Notes: generated from the sequence alone by a model not told the origin. 64,000 nt of DNA from Ignavibacteria bacterium UBA7675 (GCA_002483085.1 DLHF01000073.1:10703-74702); one strand, 5' to 3'. Numbered from the stretch's first letter, positions 31,316 through 41,033 are shown. A program made the numbers and translations.

Positions 31316-33007
31316 CTATCCCTGTTCGTCCAAACACCTGACAACGAGCATGGTAATATCGTCGGACTGCTCGGCGCCGTAAGCATGTGTCTGCACATCG
31401 AGAAGAATATTAGAAAGTAGGATCGAGGCTGGCTGGTCGCGATGTGTAGCCAGAGCTTGCTCCAACCGTGCATCGGTAAATTCGTTTCGGTCTTTGTCGA
31501 GTGCTTCGGAAACACCATCAGTAAACATCAGCAGGACATCGCCGCATTCAATAGCTACGCTGGCTTCCTGGTACGGGATCATGCTTTCCATGATGCCGAG
31601 GATAATTCCCCCTTCGGTCAGCAGTTCAGGGGTACCATCGCGGCGCAATAAAATAGGCGGATTGTGTCCGGCATTGGTATAGATAAGCTGCTGTGTGGGT
31701 ACGTGCAGTCTGCCGCAGAAAAACGTTACGAACTTGTCTAACGACGTATTGGCGTACAGCAAGTCGTTGATGCGGGCTGTCATTTCCGGCAATGTAAGGC
31801 GAAGAGGCGCCAATGCGCGCAGTGCAGCTTGAGTATTGGCCATAAGCAGGGCTGCGGGAGCTCCCTTGCCTGATACATCGGCAATCACTAATAAGAGTTC
31901 GTCTTCCGACAAAGGGATAACATCGTAGTAGTCGCCTCCGATGTGCTTGGAGGGGATATTCATTGCGCCGATATCGAATGTGGGATATGCGGGCAGAGTT
32001 TTCGGCAAAAGATTTTGCTGAATAGTAAAAGCGAGATTCAGCTCTTCTTCCAGGCTTTTGCGCGCGAGCTCTTCTTTGAACAGGCGGGCGTTTTCGAGTG
32101 CAGCCAGGACAATACTGGCAAGTGCTTCGAGAAAATTTTCGTCCTCTTCGGTAAGCGGCTGGCGGTTGAGCTTGCCACCTACGAGCAAATACCCGCGAAT
32201 ATCGTTGTGCGAACGCATGGGCACGATAAGCTGCACCTCGGCTTCCACAGCAAAGGAGGCAATGGCTTCGGACATATCGCTGCGGGTGGTAATCTCTGTA
32301 AGCGTAGAAATTGCTTGGAGGTCGGCAGCCTGCGGCTCGATTTTCAGGCGATTGAGAGCAATAGTAAAGACACCATCCGAGGCTTTCGACAGCAGCGAAA
32401 AGCGGCTGATCGTAAGCTGCCCCATAAGGCGATAGGTAAGCAATTTGAGAATACGCTCTACATCTAAGAGCGTAGTAAATTCCTTACTGATCTCGAACAA
32501 TGTAGTAAGAAGCTGATTTTTGCGCTCTACATAGCGCTTGGATTCGACCAACGAGCGCACATTGTCGGCGTTTTCGAGGGCATTGGCGGCAATTGTCCCT
32601 ACAAGCGATGCGTACTGGGCTTCTTCTGGCGTATAGGCAGTGCCTGCGAGGTTTTTGCCGAGCAGCAGCACTCCAAGCGGTCGCCCGGAATACGTAAGCG
32701 GTAGGCACAGCTCGTAGTCGGTGCCTTCCAGTGCAGCAACACCGCCCTTTCCTTCTGCCAGACCATCGAACTCTTCTTTACTCAGGTGCACGCTGCTGGT
32801 AAGCCCATTGCGCCCTTTGCTAACAACGGGTTTCCACCTGTCGGCTCCATCCGGCACAAGTGCACATGCCTGATTGGTGCGCAGTTTGCCCATCAGGCTG
32901 AGAAGCGAAGCGTTGAGGATATAGCCCACGTCGTCCGAAGAATTGAGCGTAGCGCTGAGATCGAACAGGGACTGTAGGTTGATGAGCGTTGTCGTTGCCT
33001 GTGCCAT
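31316..33007 (-). CDS. GAF-domain-containing PP2C / SpoIIE-family serine phosphatase (RsbU-like)
   Basis: The N-terminal two thirds is GAF-like. The C-terminal PP2C has ...IGGDYYDVIPL...LLVIADVSGKGAPAALLMANT...FTDGVSEA.... Confidence 0.75.
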   Translation of the reverse strand: MAQATTTLINLQSLFDLSATLNSSDDVGYILNASLLSLMGKLRTNQACALVPDGADRWKPVVSKGRNGLTSSVHLSKEEFDGLAEGKGGVAALEGTDYELCLPLTYSGRPLGVLLLGKNLAGTAYTPEEAQYASLVGTIAANALENADNVRSLVESKRYVERKNQLLTTLFEISKEFTTLLDVERILKLLTYRLMGQLTISRFSLLSKASDGVFTIALNRLKIEPQAADLQAISTLTEITTRSDMSEAIASFAVEAEVQLIVPMRSHNDIRGYLLVGGKLNRQPLTEEDENFLEALASIVLAALENARLFKEELARKSLEEELNLAFTIQQNLLPKTLPAYPTFDIGAMNIPSKHIGGDYYDVIPLSEDELLLVIADVSGKGAPAALLMANTQAALRALAPLRLTLPEMTARINDLLYANTSLDKFVTFFCGRLHVPTQQLIYTNAGHNPPILLRRDGTPELLTEGGIILGIMESMIPYQEASVAIECGDVLLMFTDGVSEALDKDRNEFTDARLEQALATHRDQPASILLSNILLDVQTHAYGAEQSDDITMLVVRCLDEQG

Positions 33008-33227
33008 ACAGGTGAGCCATCATAAACAAACAACAGATGGAGGAAGCCGTACCTCATCTTTTCGCCAAACATACAATAATACAGTCGAAGTTTCAACAAA
33101 AAATGGGTCGGGTAAATACGCACATGGCGAATATAAGCCAACTATCACACATGCCCTCGCCTCCTCTTCTTGGTTCAGCCCCTCCAATTCCGGCACATTT
33201 ATTGTTCACCATACCGCGAGTAGTGTA

Positions 33228-33605
33228 ATGAAAAGCAAAAAAACAACAGCTACGCCTAAAGCTGTAGCCCTGATGTACGATGCCGGACGCGATAGCGCGC
33301 CGCGTGTTGCAGCAAAAGGCAGCGGTGAGTTGGCGAAAAAAATACTTGAGCTGGCACGCCAGCACAATATCCCCGTGCGGAGCGATCCCGATCTTATCGA
33401 GTTGCTCTCTAGGGTAGATGTGCTCGACGAAATACCAGCCGACCTTTATACGGCAGTGGCACAGATTCTTGCTTTTCTCTACGACGTCAACAAACGCAAG
33501 CTGTCTACTGAATCTCCTGAACGGAGCGACAATGCTGAAAGAAATCTATACGGCCTCGCTGGGGATGATCCCCCAGCAGATGAAATTAGAGGTGACAGCC
33601 AATAA
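33228..33605 (+). CDS. FlhB-C-terminal-domain-like protein (Bac_export_2; EscU/YscU/FlhB autocleavage-domain homolog, stand-alone)
   Basis: MKSKKTTATPKAVALMYDAGRDSAPRVAAKGSGELAKKILELARQHNIPVRSDPDLIELLSRVDVLDEIPADLYTAVAQILAFLYDV resembles FlhB C-terminal-like small proteins. The 3' end overlaps flgF by 74 nt in another frame, so the stop may be mis-assigned. Confidence 0.45.
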   Translation: MKSKKTTATPKAVALMYDAGRDSAPRVAAKGSGELAKKILELARQHNIPVRSDPDLIELLSRVDVLDEIPADLYTAVAQILAFLYDVNKRKLSTESPERSDNAERNLYGLAGDDPPADEIRGDSQ

Positions 33606-34305
33606 TATCGCCAATGCGAATACGCCCGGCTTTAAACGCGAAGGTGTGTTCGAGCGCTCGCTTATTGAAGCACGTGGTAATCTGCTGAATGTCCAAGGTA
33701 GTCCCGAAGAAGAGGACTTGCCGATGGGTCGGTACTACGACTTCTCGCAGGGCTCTTTTGAAAAGACTGATAATCCGTTCGATGCGGTGATTAACAGCGA
33801 AGGCTTTTTCCTCCTGCGCGACAACGAAGGCAAGGAATCGCTTACACGCGCCGGACACTTTACGCTGTCCTCCGATGGCTATCTGGTAACGCCCGATGGC
33901 AAACAGGTGATTGGCAGCGAAGGCCCTCTGCAACTGCGCGATGGCACGGAAAATACCGACGAACCGCATCAAAACCACTTCGAACTGCGAATTCGCGAAA
34001 CAGGCGAGGTGTTTGTGAACGAACGCGAAGTCGGCAAAATGATGGTAGTGACTGTCGATGAACCGCAAGCCCTCGAACGCTCATCGGCTACGCAGTTCCA
34101 GCTCAAAGACGATGATGTCTACACTCCCCTCGCCGATGAAAAACTCAACATCCGGCAAGGCTATGTAGAGAGTTCCAATGTGAATATTATTAGCGAAATG
34201 GTGAATATGATCCAGTTGCAGCGCTCCTTTGAGCTCGGGCAACGCGTGATTACCACCAATGATAATACGATTGATCGCAGTTTGGAAGTCGGGCGCTTTA
34301 CCTAA
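33532..34305 (+). CDS. flgF: Flagellar basal-body rod protein FlgF (proximal rod)
   Basis: The N-terminus is MLKEIYTASLGMIPQQMKLEVTANNIANANTPGFKR. The C-terminus is ...ESSNVNIISEMVNMIQLQRSFE (conserved rod-protein ends). Confidence 0.75.
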   Translation: MLKEIYTASLGMIPQQMKLEVTANNIANANTPGFKREGVFERSLIEARGNLLNVQGSPEEEDLPMGRYYDFSQGSFEKTDNPFDAVINSEGFFLLRDNEGKESLTRAGHFTLSSDGYLVTPDGKQVIGSEGPLQLRDGTENTDEPHQNHFELRIRETGEVFVNEREVGKMMVVTVDEPQALERSSATQFQLKDDDVYTPLADEKLNIRQGYVESSNVNIISEMVNMIQLQRSFELGQRVITTNDNTIDRSLEVGRFT

Positions 34306-34349
34306 AAGCAGGCGCACGCAACACAAAAAAGCTGATATGGGTGGCATTC

Positions 34350-34526
34350 GGTCTTCGATCTTGCTGTTGTCTCCGCACCGCGCGGCAACGCCGCTGCGTG
34401 GTTGTGCTCCCCATACCGCATGAATATGGCGACAGCATATAACCGGCGGCTGGCTTATGAACAACACGACACGGCTCGTGCGACCGGCGACAGCGACCGG
34501 GCTTGCGGACAACACGCCCGTGCCAC
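34350..34526 (+). repeat. Composite intergenic repeat copy E (motif-1 ...TGTCTCCGCACCGCGCGGCAACGCCGCTGCGTGG..., then ACGGCTCGTGCGACCGGCGACAGCGACC...ACACGCCCGTGCCAC) inside the flgF-flgG spacer
   Basis: It matches the order and spacing of the copies at 62590..62783 and 22310..22450. Confidence 0.5.
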
Positions 34527-34588
34527 GCAGTCTTCGCAATTAACAGAGCACTGCTTTGGCAAAACAGTACACGCGATAGGAATACTTT

Positions 34589-35380
34589 ATGGATAAAACA
34601 CTGATGACCGCTGCCACTGGCCTTTCGGCACAGCAGCGATATGTGGAGATTATCTCCAACAACCTTGCAAACGTGAACACGACGGGGTTTAAGAAAATCA
34701 GACCTGAGTTCCAGGATTTGATGTACGAAACTCTTCGCCCTGCAGGTAACACGCAGCGCAGCGGCGCCGAAGCGACCAACGAGGTACAGATCGGTGGCGG
34801 TACCGAGCTTGTGTCCACAACAAAACAATTCTCGCAGGGCGATATTCAGCCTACGAACAACCCGCTCGACATGGCAGTAAACGGCGAGGGATTTTTTATC
34901 ATCCGCCGCCCCGACAACACATTTGCCTATACACGCGATGGTTCGTTCCAAGTAGATAGCACGGGGCAAATCGTAACATCGCAGGGCTATGTGCTCGAAC
35001 CGGGCATTACCGTGCCCGACGACGCCGTGGAAGTAAAAATTTCGCGCGATGGCATTGTGGGCATTCGCACGGCGGCAGATGCAGAAGAACAGCAAATCGG
35101 CCAGATCGAGCTCGCGCGCTTTATCAACCCAGCAGGGCTGCGTGCGCTTGGCGACAACCTGCTTGAAGAAACAAGCGCCTCCGGGCAAGCTGCTTTCGAG
35201 CAGCCGGGCTCGAACAACACGGGCGATGTCATACAAGCCAGCCTCGAAAATTCTAATGTCGACCTCGTGGAAGAAATGGTGAATATGATTATAGCACAGC
35301 GCGCCTACGAGCTCAACTCGAAATCGGTGCGTACAGCGGAAGATATTCTTACAACGGCGACCAATCTCAAGCGCGGATAA
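34589..35380 (+). CDS. flgG: Flagellar basal-body rod protein FlgG (distal rod)
   Basis: MDKTLMTAATGLSAQQRYVEIISNNLANVNTTGFKK...NVDLVEEMVNMIIAQRAYELNSK matches the FlgG family. Confidence 0.85.
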   Translation: MDKTLMTAATGLSAQQRYVEIISNNLANVNTTGFKKIRPEFQDLMYETLRPAGNTQRSGAEATNEVQIGGGTELVSTTKQFSQGDIQPTNNPLDMAVNGEGFFIIRRPDNTFAYTRDGSFQVDSTGQIVTSQGYVLEPGITVPDDAVEVKISRDGIVGIRTAADAEEQQIGQIELARFINPAGLRALGDNLLEETSASGQAAFEQPGSNNTGDVIQASLENSNVDLVEEMVNMIIAQRAYELNSKSVRTAEDILTTATNLKRG

Positions 35381-36114
35381 TGAACAGGCTGAAGCTCTGC
35401 ATAACGGCACGTACTTTAAGTACATCCATGCAATTTATTGCAGTGTATGCTGTTGCGCTCTTCTTTTTATGTGCTACAGCCCTGGCGCAATCGACGTTTT
35501 CCTCCGAACGGCTCGTCGACGCTGCAAGCGCGCATATGCAGAAAAAAGCAGGCACAACCGAGGTCGAACTCAAGGGTTCCATCGCCGACCAGACCTTTAC
35601 CCAAACTGGCGTGCAAGCACGCATTAAGGAAAACTCTCTGTCGAACGGCGAAACCCAGAATGTTGTGGTAGAATTTACCTACAACGACAAAGTAATACGG
35701 CAGCTTTCCATTCCCTTTCGCGTTGCGCGCACTCTTACCGTGCCTGTAGCCGCGACTGCCCTGCCTGCTGGCACGATTATCGCGCAGGAGCACATCGCTC
35801 TCGAAGAACGCCCAATGGCGAGTATTCGGATGCGAAACTTCCTGCCAGCCGACAGTATTATTGGTAAAAAGCTGACTGAAAATATTTCTGCCTCCGAAGC
35901 ACTGACAACCGACAAACTGACACAGGCCGATGGTATTCGGCGCGGGCAGACAGTAACATTAGTAGCGCGCAGCGGGCCTATTGTCATAACTGCACAGGCA
36001 CGAGCGCTTGGCGATGCACTTCCGGGCGAAATAGTCACGGTAGTACGCAATGGATCGACGGCTTCGATACGCGCAACTGCACTTGGCGACGGCATAGTAG
36101 AAGTAACTCCCTGA
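35380..36114 (+). CDS. flgA: Flagellar P-ring assembly chaperone FlgA
   Basis: A signal-peptide-like N-terminus, and the SAF / ChapFlgA C-terminal domain ...RGQTVTLVARSGPIVITAQARALGDALPGEIVTVVR.... The start overlaps the flgG stop. Confidence 0.65.
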   Translation: MNRLKLCITARTLSTSMQFIAVYAVALFFLCATALAQSTFSSERLVDAASAHMQKKAGTTEVELKGSIADQTFTQTGVQARIKENSLSNGETQNVVVEFTYNDKVIRQLSIPFRVARTLTVPVAATALPAGTIIAQEHIALEERPMASIRMRNFLPADSIIGKKLTENISASEALTTDKLTQADGIRRGQTVTLVARSGPIVITAQARALGDALPGEIVTVVRNGSTASIRATALGDGIVEVTP

Positions 36115-36161
36115 CACATGTATGCCTGCCAATGCAGGCTTTGCAATCTTCGGCAAACACT

Positions 36162-36743
36162 ATGAAATCATATTTTTTTGCAGTGCCTCTTTGTGCAGCA
36201 TTGGCATTCAGCGCACAGACTGCACACGCCCAGTTTCAAGAGAATGTGCGCCGTTCCCTGTTTTCCGACCAAAAGGCTTTCGACGTCGGCGACGCGGTGA
36301 CCATCCTTATTGTAGAAAGCACCGAAGCCGATAACCAGGCAACGACGAGCGACTCCCGCTCCACGAGCCTCGGCGCCGGAGTAGACATCAACACCGGAGG
36401 GACGCCAGTGGACCCATCTGTGTCGATTAGCTCCAACAACGAGTTTCGCGGCAAAGGCCAGACAACACGCCAAGAACGCCTGCGAACAAAGCTCAGTGCG
36501 CGCGTCGTAGCGATGGAAAAAAACGGCAACATGCGCATTGAAGGACGGCGAACGACCCAGATCAATGGCGAATCGCAAACAATAACCATTACCGGCGTCG
36601 TGCGCCCTGCCGACATACAGTCCGACAACAGTGTACTCTCCTACCATATATCAGAGATGACATTAGTGTATGAGGGCGAAGGAACGATAACAACAGCACA
36701 AGAGCCGGGATTGATAACAAAATTTCTCCGCATGCTCTTCTAA
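36162..36743 (+). CDS. flgH: Flagellar L-ring lipoprotein FlgH
   Basis: MKSYFFAVPLCAALAFSAQTAHAQ, then SLFSDQKAFDVGDAVTILIVE...NGNMRIEGRRTTQINGESQTITITGVVRP matches the FlgH core. Confidence 0.75.
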   Translation: MKSYFFAVPLCAALAFSAQTAHAQFQENVRRSLFSDQKAFDVGDAVTILIVESTEADNQATTSDSRSTSLGAGVDINTGGTPVDPSVSISSNNEFRGKGQTTRQERLRTKLSARVVAMEKNGNMRIEGRRTTQINGESQTITITGVVRPADIQSDNSVLSYHISEMTLVYEGEGTITTAQEPGLITKFLRMLF

Positions 36744-36870
36744 TGGACGACAGCAATCAACCTGTGATGGCGTACATACTGGCAGGACAAAATACAATGG
36801 CACGAATATGGCTGGCAGACAATACTCGCAAACCGTGGTTGTAAACAACCGCCATAGTGTACAATAATCT

Positions 36871-37962
36871 ATGAAACGACTCTGTATTCTGACTGCATTT
36901 TTTGTTGCCGCCGTGCTTTTCCCGGCACAGGCCGCACGCATCAAGGACATTGCGACAATAGAGGGCGTAAGCGGCATGCAGGTAATTGGTTACGGGCTTG
37001 TAACGGGACTGAACCAGAACGGCGATTCTCCGCGCTCGACCTTTACAGTACAATCGGTAACTAGCATGCTGAAGCGCTTTGGCATTACCGTACCGCAATA
37101 CAACTTACGCACGCGCAATGTGGCGGCTGTGATGGTAACATCCACGATTCCCACATTTATGAAAAAAGGCACGAAATTCGATGTCCAGGTGTCCTCGCTC
37201 GGCGACGCTAAATCGCTTCAAGGCGGCATTTTGCTGATGACCCCTCTCTCTTCGGGCGAAGGCACAGTGTACGGCATAGCGCAGGGCGGTCTTACCGTGG
37301 GCGGGTACGACTTTGAAGCGAGCGGCTCCAGGGTTGGCAAGAATTTTGTAGCATCTGCACGCGTGCCTAATGGCGGTATTGTCGACAAAGATATTCCCGG
37401 CACGGTCGTACAGAACGGGCAGATACGCATCTTGCTACGCGACCCGGACTTTACAACAGCGACCCGCATAGCGGCGGCGATCAACCGCATTGGCGCGCTG
37501 AACAACGGCGCACAAGTCGTAGACGCAGCTACAGTGCAGGTACAGTTACCAGACCCGAACCAGGCTATGCAGATTATAGCACAAATAGAAGTTCTCCAGG
37601 TTACTTCCGACCCAACGGCGCGCGTAGTGATCAACGAACGGACGGGTACGATTGTCATTGGTGCAGCAGTAGAACTCCTACCCGCAGTGGTATCACACGG
37701 CGGCCTGGAAATACAGGTGCAAACAACGACAACTGCACCGCAACAAGCTCCCTTCACTATTGCCGCGCCGCGCCCGGTACAGAACTCTACTCTGTCGGCA
37801 CAAGAACGCGAGAACCCGGCAGTGGTGCTCAATGGCGCATCAACGGTGCAGGACATGGCAAGTGCACTCAACGCGCTCAACGTGACGCCGCGCGACCTCA
37901 TCGCAATTTTCCAAGCGCTGAAGGAAGCTGGTGCACTCCAAGCAGAGCTTATTATACAATAG
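36871..37962 (+). CDS. flgI: Flagellar P-ring protein FlgI
   Basis: MKRLCILTAFFVAAVLFPAQAARIKDIATIEGVSGMQVIGYGLVTGLNQNGDSP is the FlgI N-terminal signature. Confidence 0.85.
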   Translation: MKRLCILTAFFVAAVLFPAQAARIKDIATIEGVSGMQVIGYGLVTGLNQNGDSPRSTFTVQSVTSMLKRFGITVPQYNLRTRNVAAVMVTSTIPTFMKKGTKFDVQVSSLGDAKSLQGGILLMTPLSSGEGTVYGIAQGGLTVGGYDFEASGSRVGKNFVASARVPNGGIVDKDIPGTVVQNGQIRILLRDPDFTTATRIAAAINRIGALNNGAQVVDAATVQVQLPDPNQAMQIIAQIEVLQVTSDPTARVVINERTGTIVIGAAVELLPAVVSHGGLEIQVQTTTTAPQQAPFTIAAPRPVQNSTLSAQERENPAVVLNGASTVQDMASALNALNVTPRDLIAIFQALKEAGALQAELIIQ

Positions 37963-37988
37963 CGCCGCTGCACGGCGGCAAAGGCCGA

Positions 37989-38018
37989 AGAACACGCCCG
38001 GGATGTGCGACCGGTGAC
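37989..38018 (+). repeat. Fragment of the motif-2 repeat (ACACGCCCGGGATGTGCGACCGGTGACAAG)
   Basis: A partial match to the motif-2 ends in the flgI-flgJ spacer. Confidence 0.3.
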
Positions 38019-38077
38019 AAGAAGAACGCAATAACAAAGACGCCCGAACCCCAAATGCCCAACAACGCAACAGCAGT

Positions 38078-38968
38078 ATGAGCGACTTTTCATCTCCTGT
38101 CAATATCGACCAAGTGAGCAGCACAGAGCTCCACTTTCAGCGGTTGCAAAAGCTCCAGGAGCGCATTGCCGGTCCGTCGCCTGTGCTTAGCGACGAGCAG
38201 CGCACCGAGTTTGCAAAAGCAGCCAAGGGCTTTGAGTCGATGTTTGTCAACATGATGATGAAGCAAATGCGGGAGTCGATGTTAGAAAAAGACAAAGATG
38301 ACGAAGAGGGCGACCTGAGCTTTGGTGCCGACACGCTACAGGGCTACACCGATCTTCAATTTGCCGACCACGTTTCCTCTTCTGGCGGTATTGGCATTGC
38401 ACAACAGGTGTACCAATACCTTACTCATGGCGAGAAGCTCCCTGTTACGACACAGTACCCGGGCGGCATTCTCCCCTCCTCGGAAAGCGCGCAGAAACCC
38501 ATACCGCAGACGAGTGCAGCAGCGCCTGCCAACAATGCGCGGGGCAACTTTCTCGACCGTGTAGCTGACCGCTTGCAGCCATACGACGAAATCATCGCAC
38601 GTGCATCCGAGCGCTATAATGTGCCGGTGCCGCTTATCAAAGGCATTATTACGGCGGAATCGGCTGGCAATCCACGAGCGCACTCAGGTGCAGGAGCCAA
38701 GGGCCTGATGCAGCTTATGGACGCAACAGCAAAAGACCTCGGCGTGCGCGATTCCTACGACCCAGAGCAAAATATCATGGGCGGGACTAAATACATCAGT
38801 TCCATGCTCAACATGTTCGACAACGACCAGCGCACGGCTCTGGCTGCCTACAATGCAGGCCCGGGCAATGTGCAGAAGCACAATGGCATTCCCCCATTCC
38901 GCGAGACCCAAGCGTATGTGCGTAATGTATTGCGCTATACCGCCCAATACGAAGAAACAGCTACATAA
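38078..38968 (+). CDS. flgJ: FlgJ-like protein: N-terminal rod-binding domain fused to a C-terminal SLT (GH23 lytic transglycosylase) domain
   Basis: The rod-binding motif is ...FAKAAKGFESMFVNMMMKQMRESM.... The SLT motifs are ...IITAESAGNPRAHSGAGAKGLMQLM...AAYNAGPGNV.... The gene lies between flgI and flgN/flgK. Confidence 0.7.
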   Translation: MSDFSSPVNIDQVSSTELHFQRLQKLQERIAGPSPVLSDEQRTEFAKAAKGFESMFVNMMMKQMRESMLEKDKDDEEGDLSFGADTLQGYTDLQFADHVSSSGGIGIAQQVYQYLTHGEKLPVTTQYPGGILPSSESAQKPIPQTSAAAPANNARGNFLDRVADRLQPYDEIIARASERYNVPVPLIKGIITAESAGNPRAHSGAGAKGLMQLMDATAKDLGVRDSYDPEQNIMGGTKYISSMLNMFDNDQRTALAAYNAGPGNVQKHNGIPPFRETQAYVRNVLRYTAQYEETAT

Positions 38969-39085
38969 GCCACCCCAAAAAGGAAGCTTTGCAGCCGTGC
39001 GGCCTACACAGAAGAAACAATACGACAGATTTGATCATATTTTTTGCTTTATTTTTTCATGGTGCGTCCGATTATCAAAAGAGTT

Positions 39086-39541
39086 ATGGAAAACCGCATT
39101 AAACTTCAGGATGAATTTCTTTCTTCTCTCACGCGCGAAGTACTGATATTAAAAGAACTTGTACAGAGCGCCGACGAGCAAAAGAACGCGCTGACACACT
39201 TCGACACACAAAAGCTCGAAGTGGAAGTGCAGCGGCAAACGGGTCTTTCGGAACGGCTCCGCCAAATGGAGCGCCAGCGCATTTCTTCGCTCAGCGCCAC
39301 GCTCGGCATCTCCTTTGCCGAAGCAGCCTCGGTGACAATGACCGAGCTCATGAGCCTGGTAAACGAAGAACAGCGCGAAGTGCTCAAAGCCATGCAAACG
39401 GAGTTTCGCCGCTATACCGCAAGCCTTCAGCAGTTGAATAGCCTCAACCGCCTGCTGACAGATCGTTCGAAAAAGTTCATCCAGGAGACGGTGCACATTT
39501 TGACCAATGGCGGGATGCCATTGTATAATGTGAAAATCTAA
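39086..39541 (+). CDS. Putative FlgN-family flagellar export chaperone
   Basis: A helical, Q/L/E-rich protein of about 150 aa immediately 5' of flgK-flgL. The assignment rests on position and composition only, and the start codon is uncertain (alternative Met at 39044 or 39059). Confidence 0.4.
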   Translation: MENRIKLQDEFLSSLTREVLILKELVQSADEQKNALTHFDTQKLEVEVQRQTGLSERLRQMERQRISSLSATLGISFAEAASVTMTELMSLVNEEQREVLKAMQTEFRRYTASLQQLNSLNRLLTDRSKKFIQETVHILTNGGMPLYNVKI

Positions 39542-39575
39542 TCCGTTTTCTCTCATGTAACCAAGGACGGTTCGC

Positions 39576-41024
39576 ATGTCAGGGTTCAATGCTCTCGAAA
39601 TCGGAAAGCGGTCGCTTCTTGCCCATCGCTTCGGGCTGGACGTTACCTCAAACAACATTGCCAATGTCAATACGCCCGGCTATTCGCGCCGGTCGGCGGT
39701 TCTCAAGGAGACAACTCCGGGGCTGACCGACATCGGGCTGATGGGTACCGGCGTGTATGTGGATCGCGTAGACCGCATGCACGAAGCGTTTTTCGACAGG
39801 GAAATTCGCAACAACCTCTCGCGCCAGTCTGGCTACAACACCGATACACAAACCATTGATAGAATAGAAGCCTCGTTCAACGAATCCTCCGACTACGGGC
39901 TCGACCAGTCCATTCGCTCCTTTTTCCAGTCATTCGAAGATCTCGCTCTGCGCCCTGAAAGCGTCGACAAGCGCAATATTGTGCTCAACTCCGCGCAAAC
40001 GATGATAGAGCAATTCCGGGCCACGGCACAGAGCCTGGCCACGCAGCGCGACGACACTAAGGGCCGTATCACCACGGGAGTGACCACGGTAAACGCCCTG
40101 TTAGGCAATATCGCAGAAATCAACAAAAACATTATCATTGGCAAAGCTCAGTCCGCCGATGATATCGCAACGCTGCTCGACCAACGCGACGTAGCGATTG
40201 AAGAACTGTCGAAATTTGCGAATGTGCAGGTGACAATCGACGACGACGGGCTTGCGAATGTAGCCATCGGCGGCAATACTCTTGTCACGGGCACAATAGC
40301 CGGAAAGCTTGAGGCTCGCGAAACAATCGACCCTATCAGCAGCGAGCGCACGCTGAATCTCGTGCAGGTAAATGACAAGGGTGCTGCGGTTGTAACGCTC
40401 AATCCTACGTCTGGCGAAATGGCCAGTTTGCTGAAACACTACAACGTAACGCTGGACGGCAACGACTCAAGCGGTGGTTTCTCCGTTGTTGGCGAACTCA
40501 ATTCCCTTGCAGATGCCATTGTAGACCATGTAAATACTATCAGCAATACAGGGTATGGCCTGAACGACTCCGGCCCTGCCCCACCCGGACGCAACTTCTT
40601 TACCCCGGCCACTGCTGCCGTTCCCGTAACAGCTATGACTATCTCGCTGGACGCAGCCATAGTAGACAACCCCGCCGACATTCCTACTGCCGACACAGCA
40701 GGCGCACCGGGCAACAACGTCGTGGCGCGACAAATCGCCGCTATCATGAACGACAATACATTTCTCAACAACGCGACCCCGGCGGAATTTTACTCATCCA
40801 TCCTTACCCGTGTTGGCTCGATGGGCTCAGAAGCACGAAACGGCGCGACAACAACGGAGCTTATAGGCACACAGCTCGACGCCCAGCGCGAGTCGATCAA
40901 TGGCGTAAGCCTAGATGAAGAAGCAGTAAACCTGATCAAATATCAAAAGGGATTCGAGGCGGCGGCGCGTATCATCAATACCACCAACGACATGCTCGGA
41001 CTTATTATCAACATGGGGCGATAG
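39576..41024 (+). CDS. flgK: Flagellar hook-associated protein 1 FlgK
   Basis: The N-terminus is MSGFNALEIGKRSLLAHRFGLDVTSNNIANVNTPGYSRR. The C-terminus is ...VSLDEEAVNLIKYQKGFEAAARIINT. Confidence 0.8.
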   Translation: MSGFNALEIGKRSLLAHRFGLDVTSNNIANVNTPGYSRRSAVLKETTPGLTDIGLMGTGVYVDRVDRMHEAFFDREIRNNLSRQSGYNTDTQTIDRIEASFNESSDYGLDQSIRSFFQSFEDLALRPESVDKRNIVLNSAQTMIEQFRATAQSLATQRDDTKGRITTGVTTVNALLGNIAEINKNIIIGKAQSADDIATLLDQRDVAIEELSKFANVQVTIDDDGLANVAIGGNTLVTGTIAGKLEARETIDPISSERTLNLVQVNDKGAAVVTLNPTSGEMASLLKHYNVTLDGNDSSGGFSVVGELNSLADAIVDHVNTISNTGYGLNDSGPAPPGRNFFTPATAAVPVTAMTISLDAAIVDNPADIPTADTAGAPGNNVVARQIAAIMNDNTFLNNATPAEFYSSILTRVGSMGSEARNGATTTELIGTQLDAQRESINGVSLDEEAVNLIKYQKGFEAAARIINTTNDMLGLIINMGR

Positions 41025-41033
41025 GAGACTGAC

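Noticed and set aside
34298-35425. 375-aa minus-strand ORF spanning the flgG region
   Set aside because: It is antisense to flgG, whose rod-protein N- and C-terminal signatures are unmistakable. It is Cys/Arg/His-rich and has no domain features.
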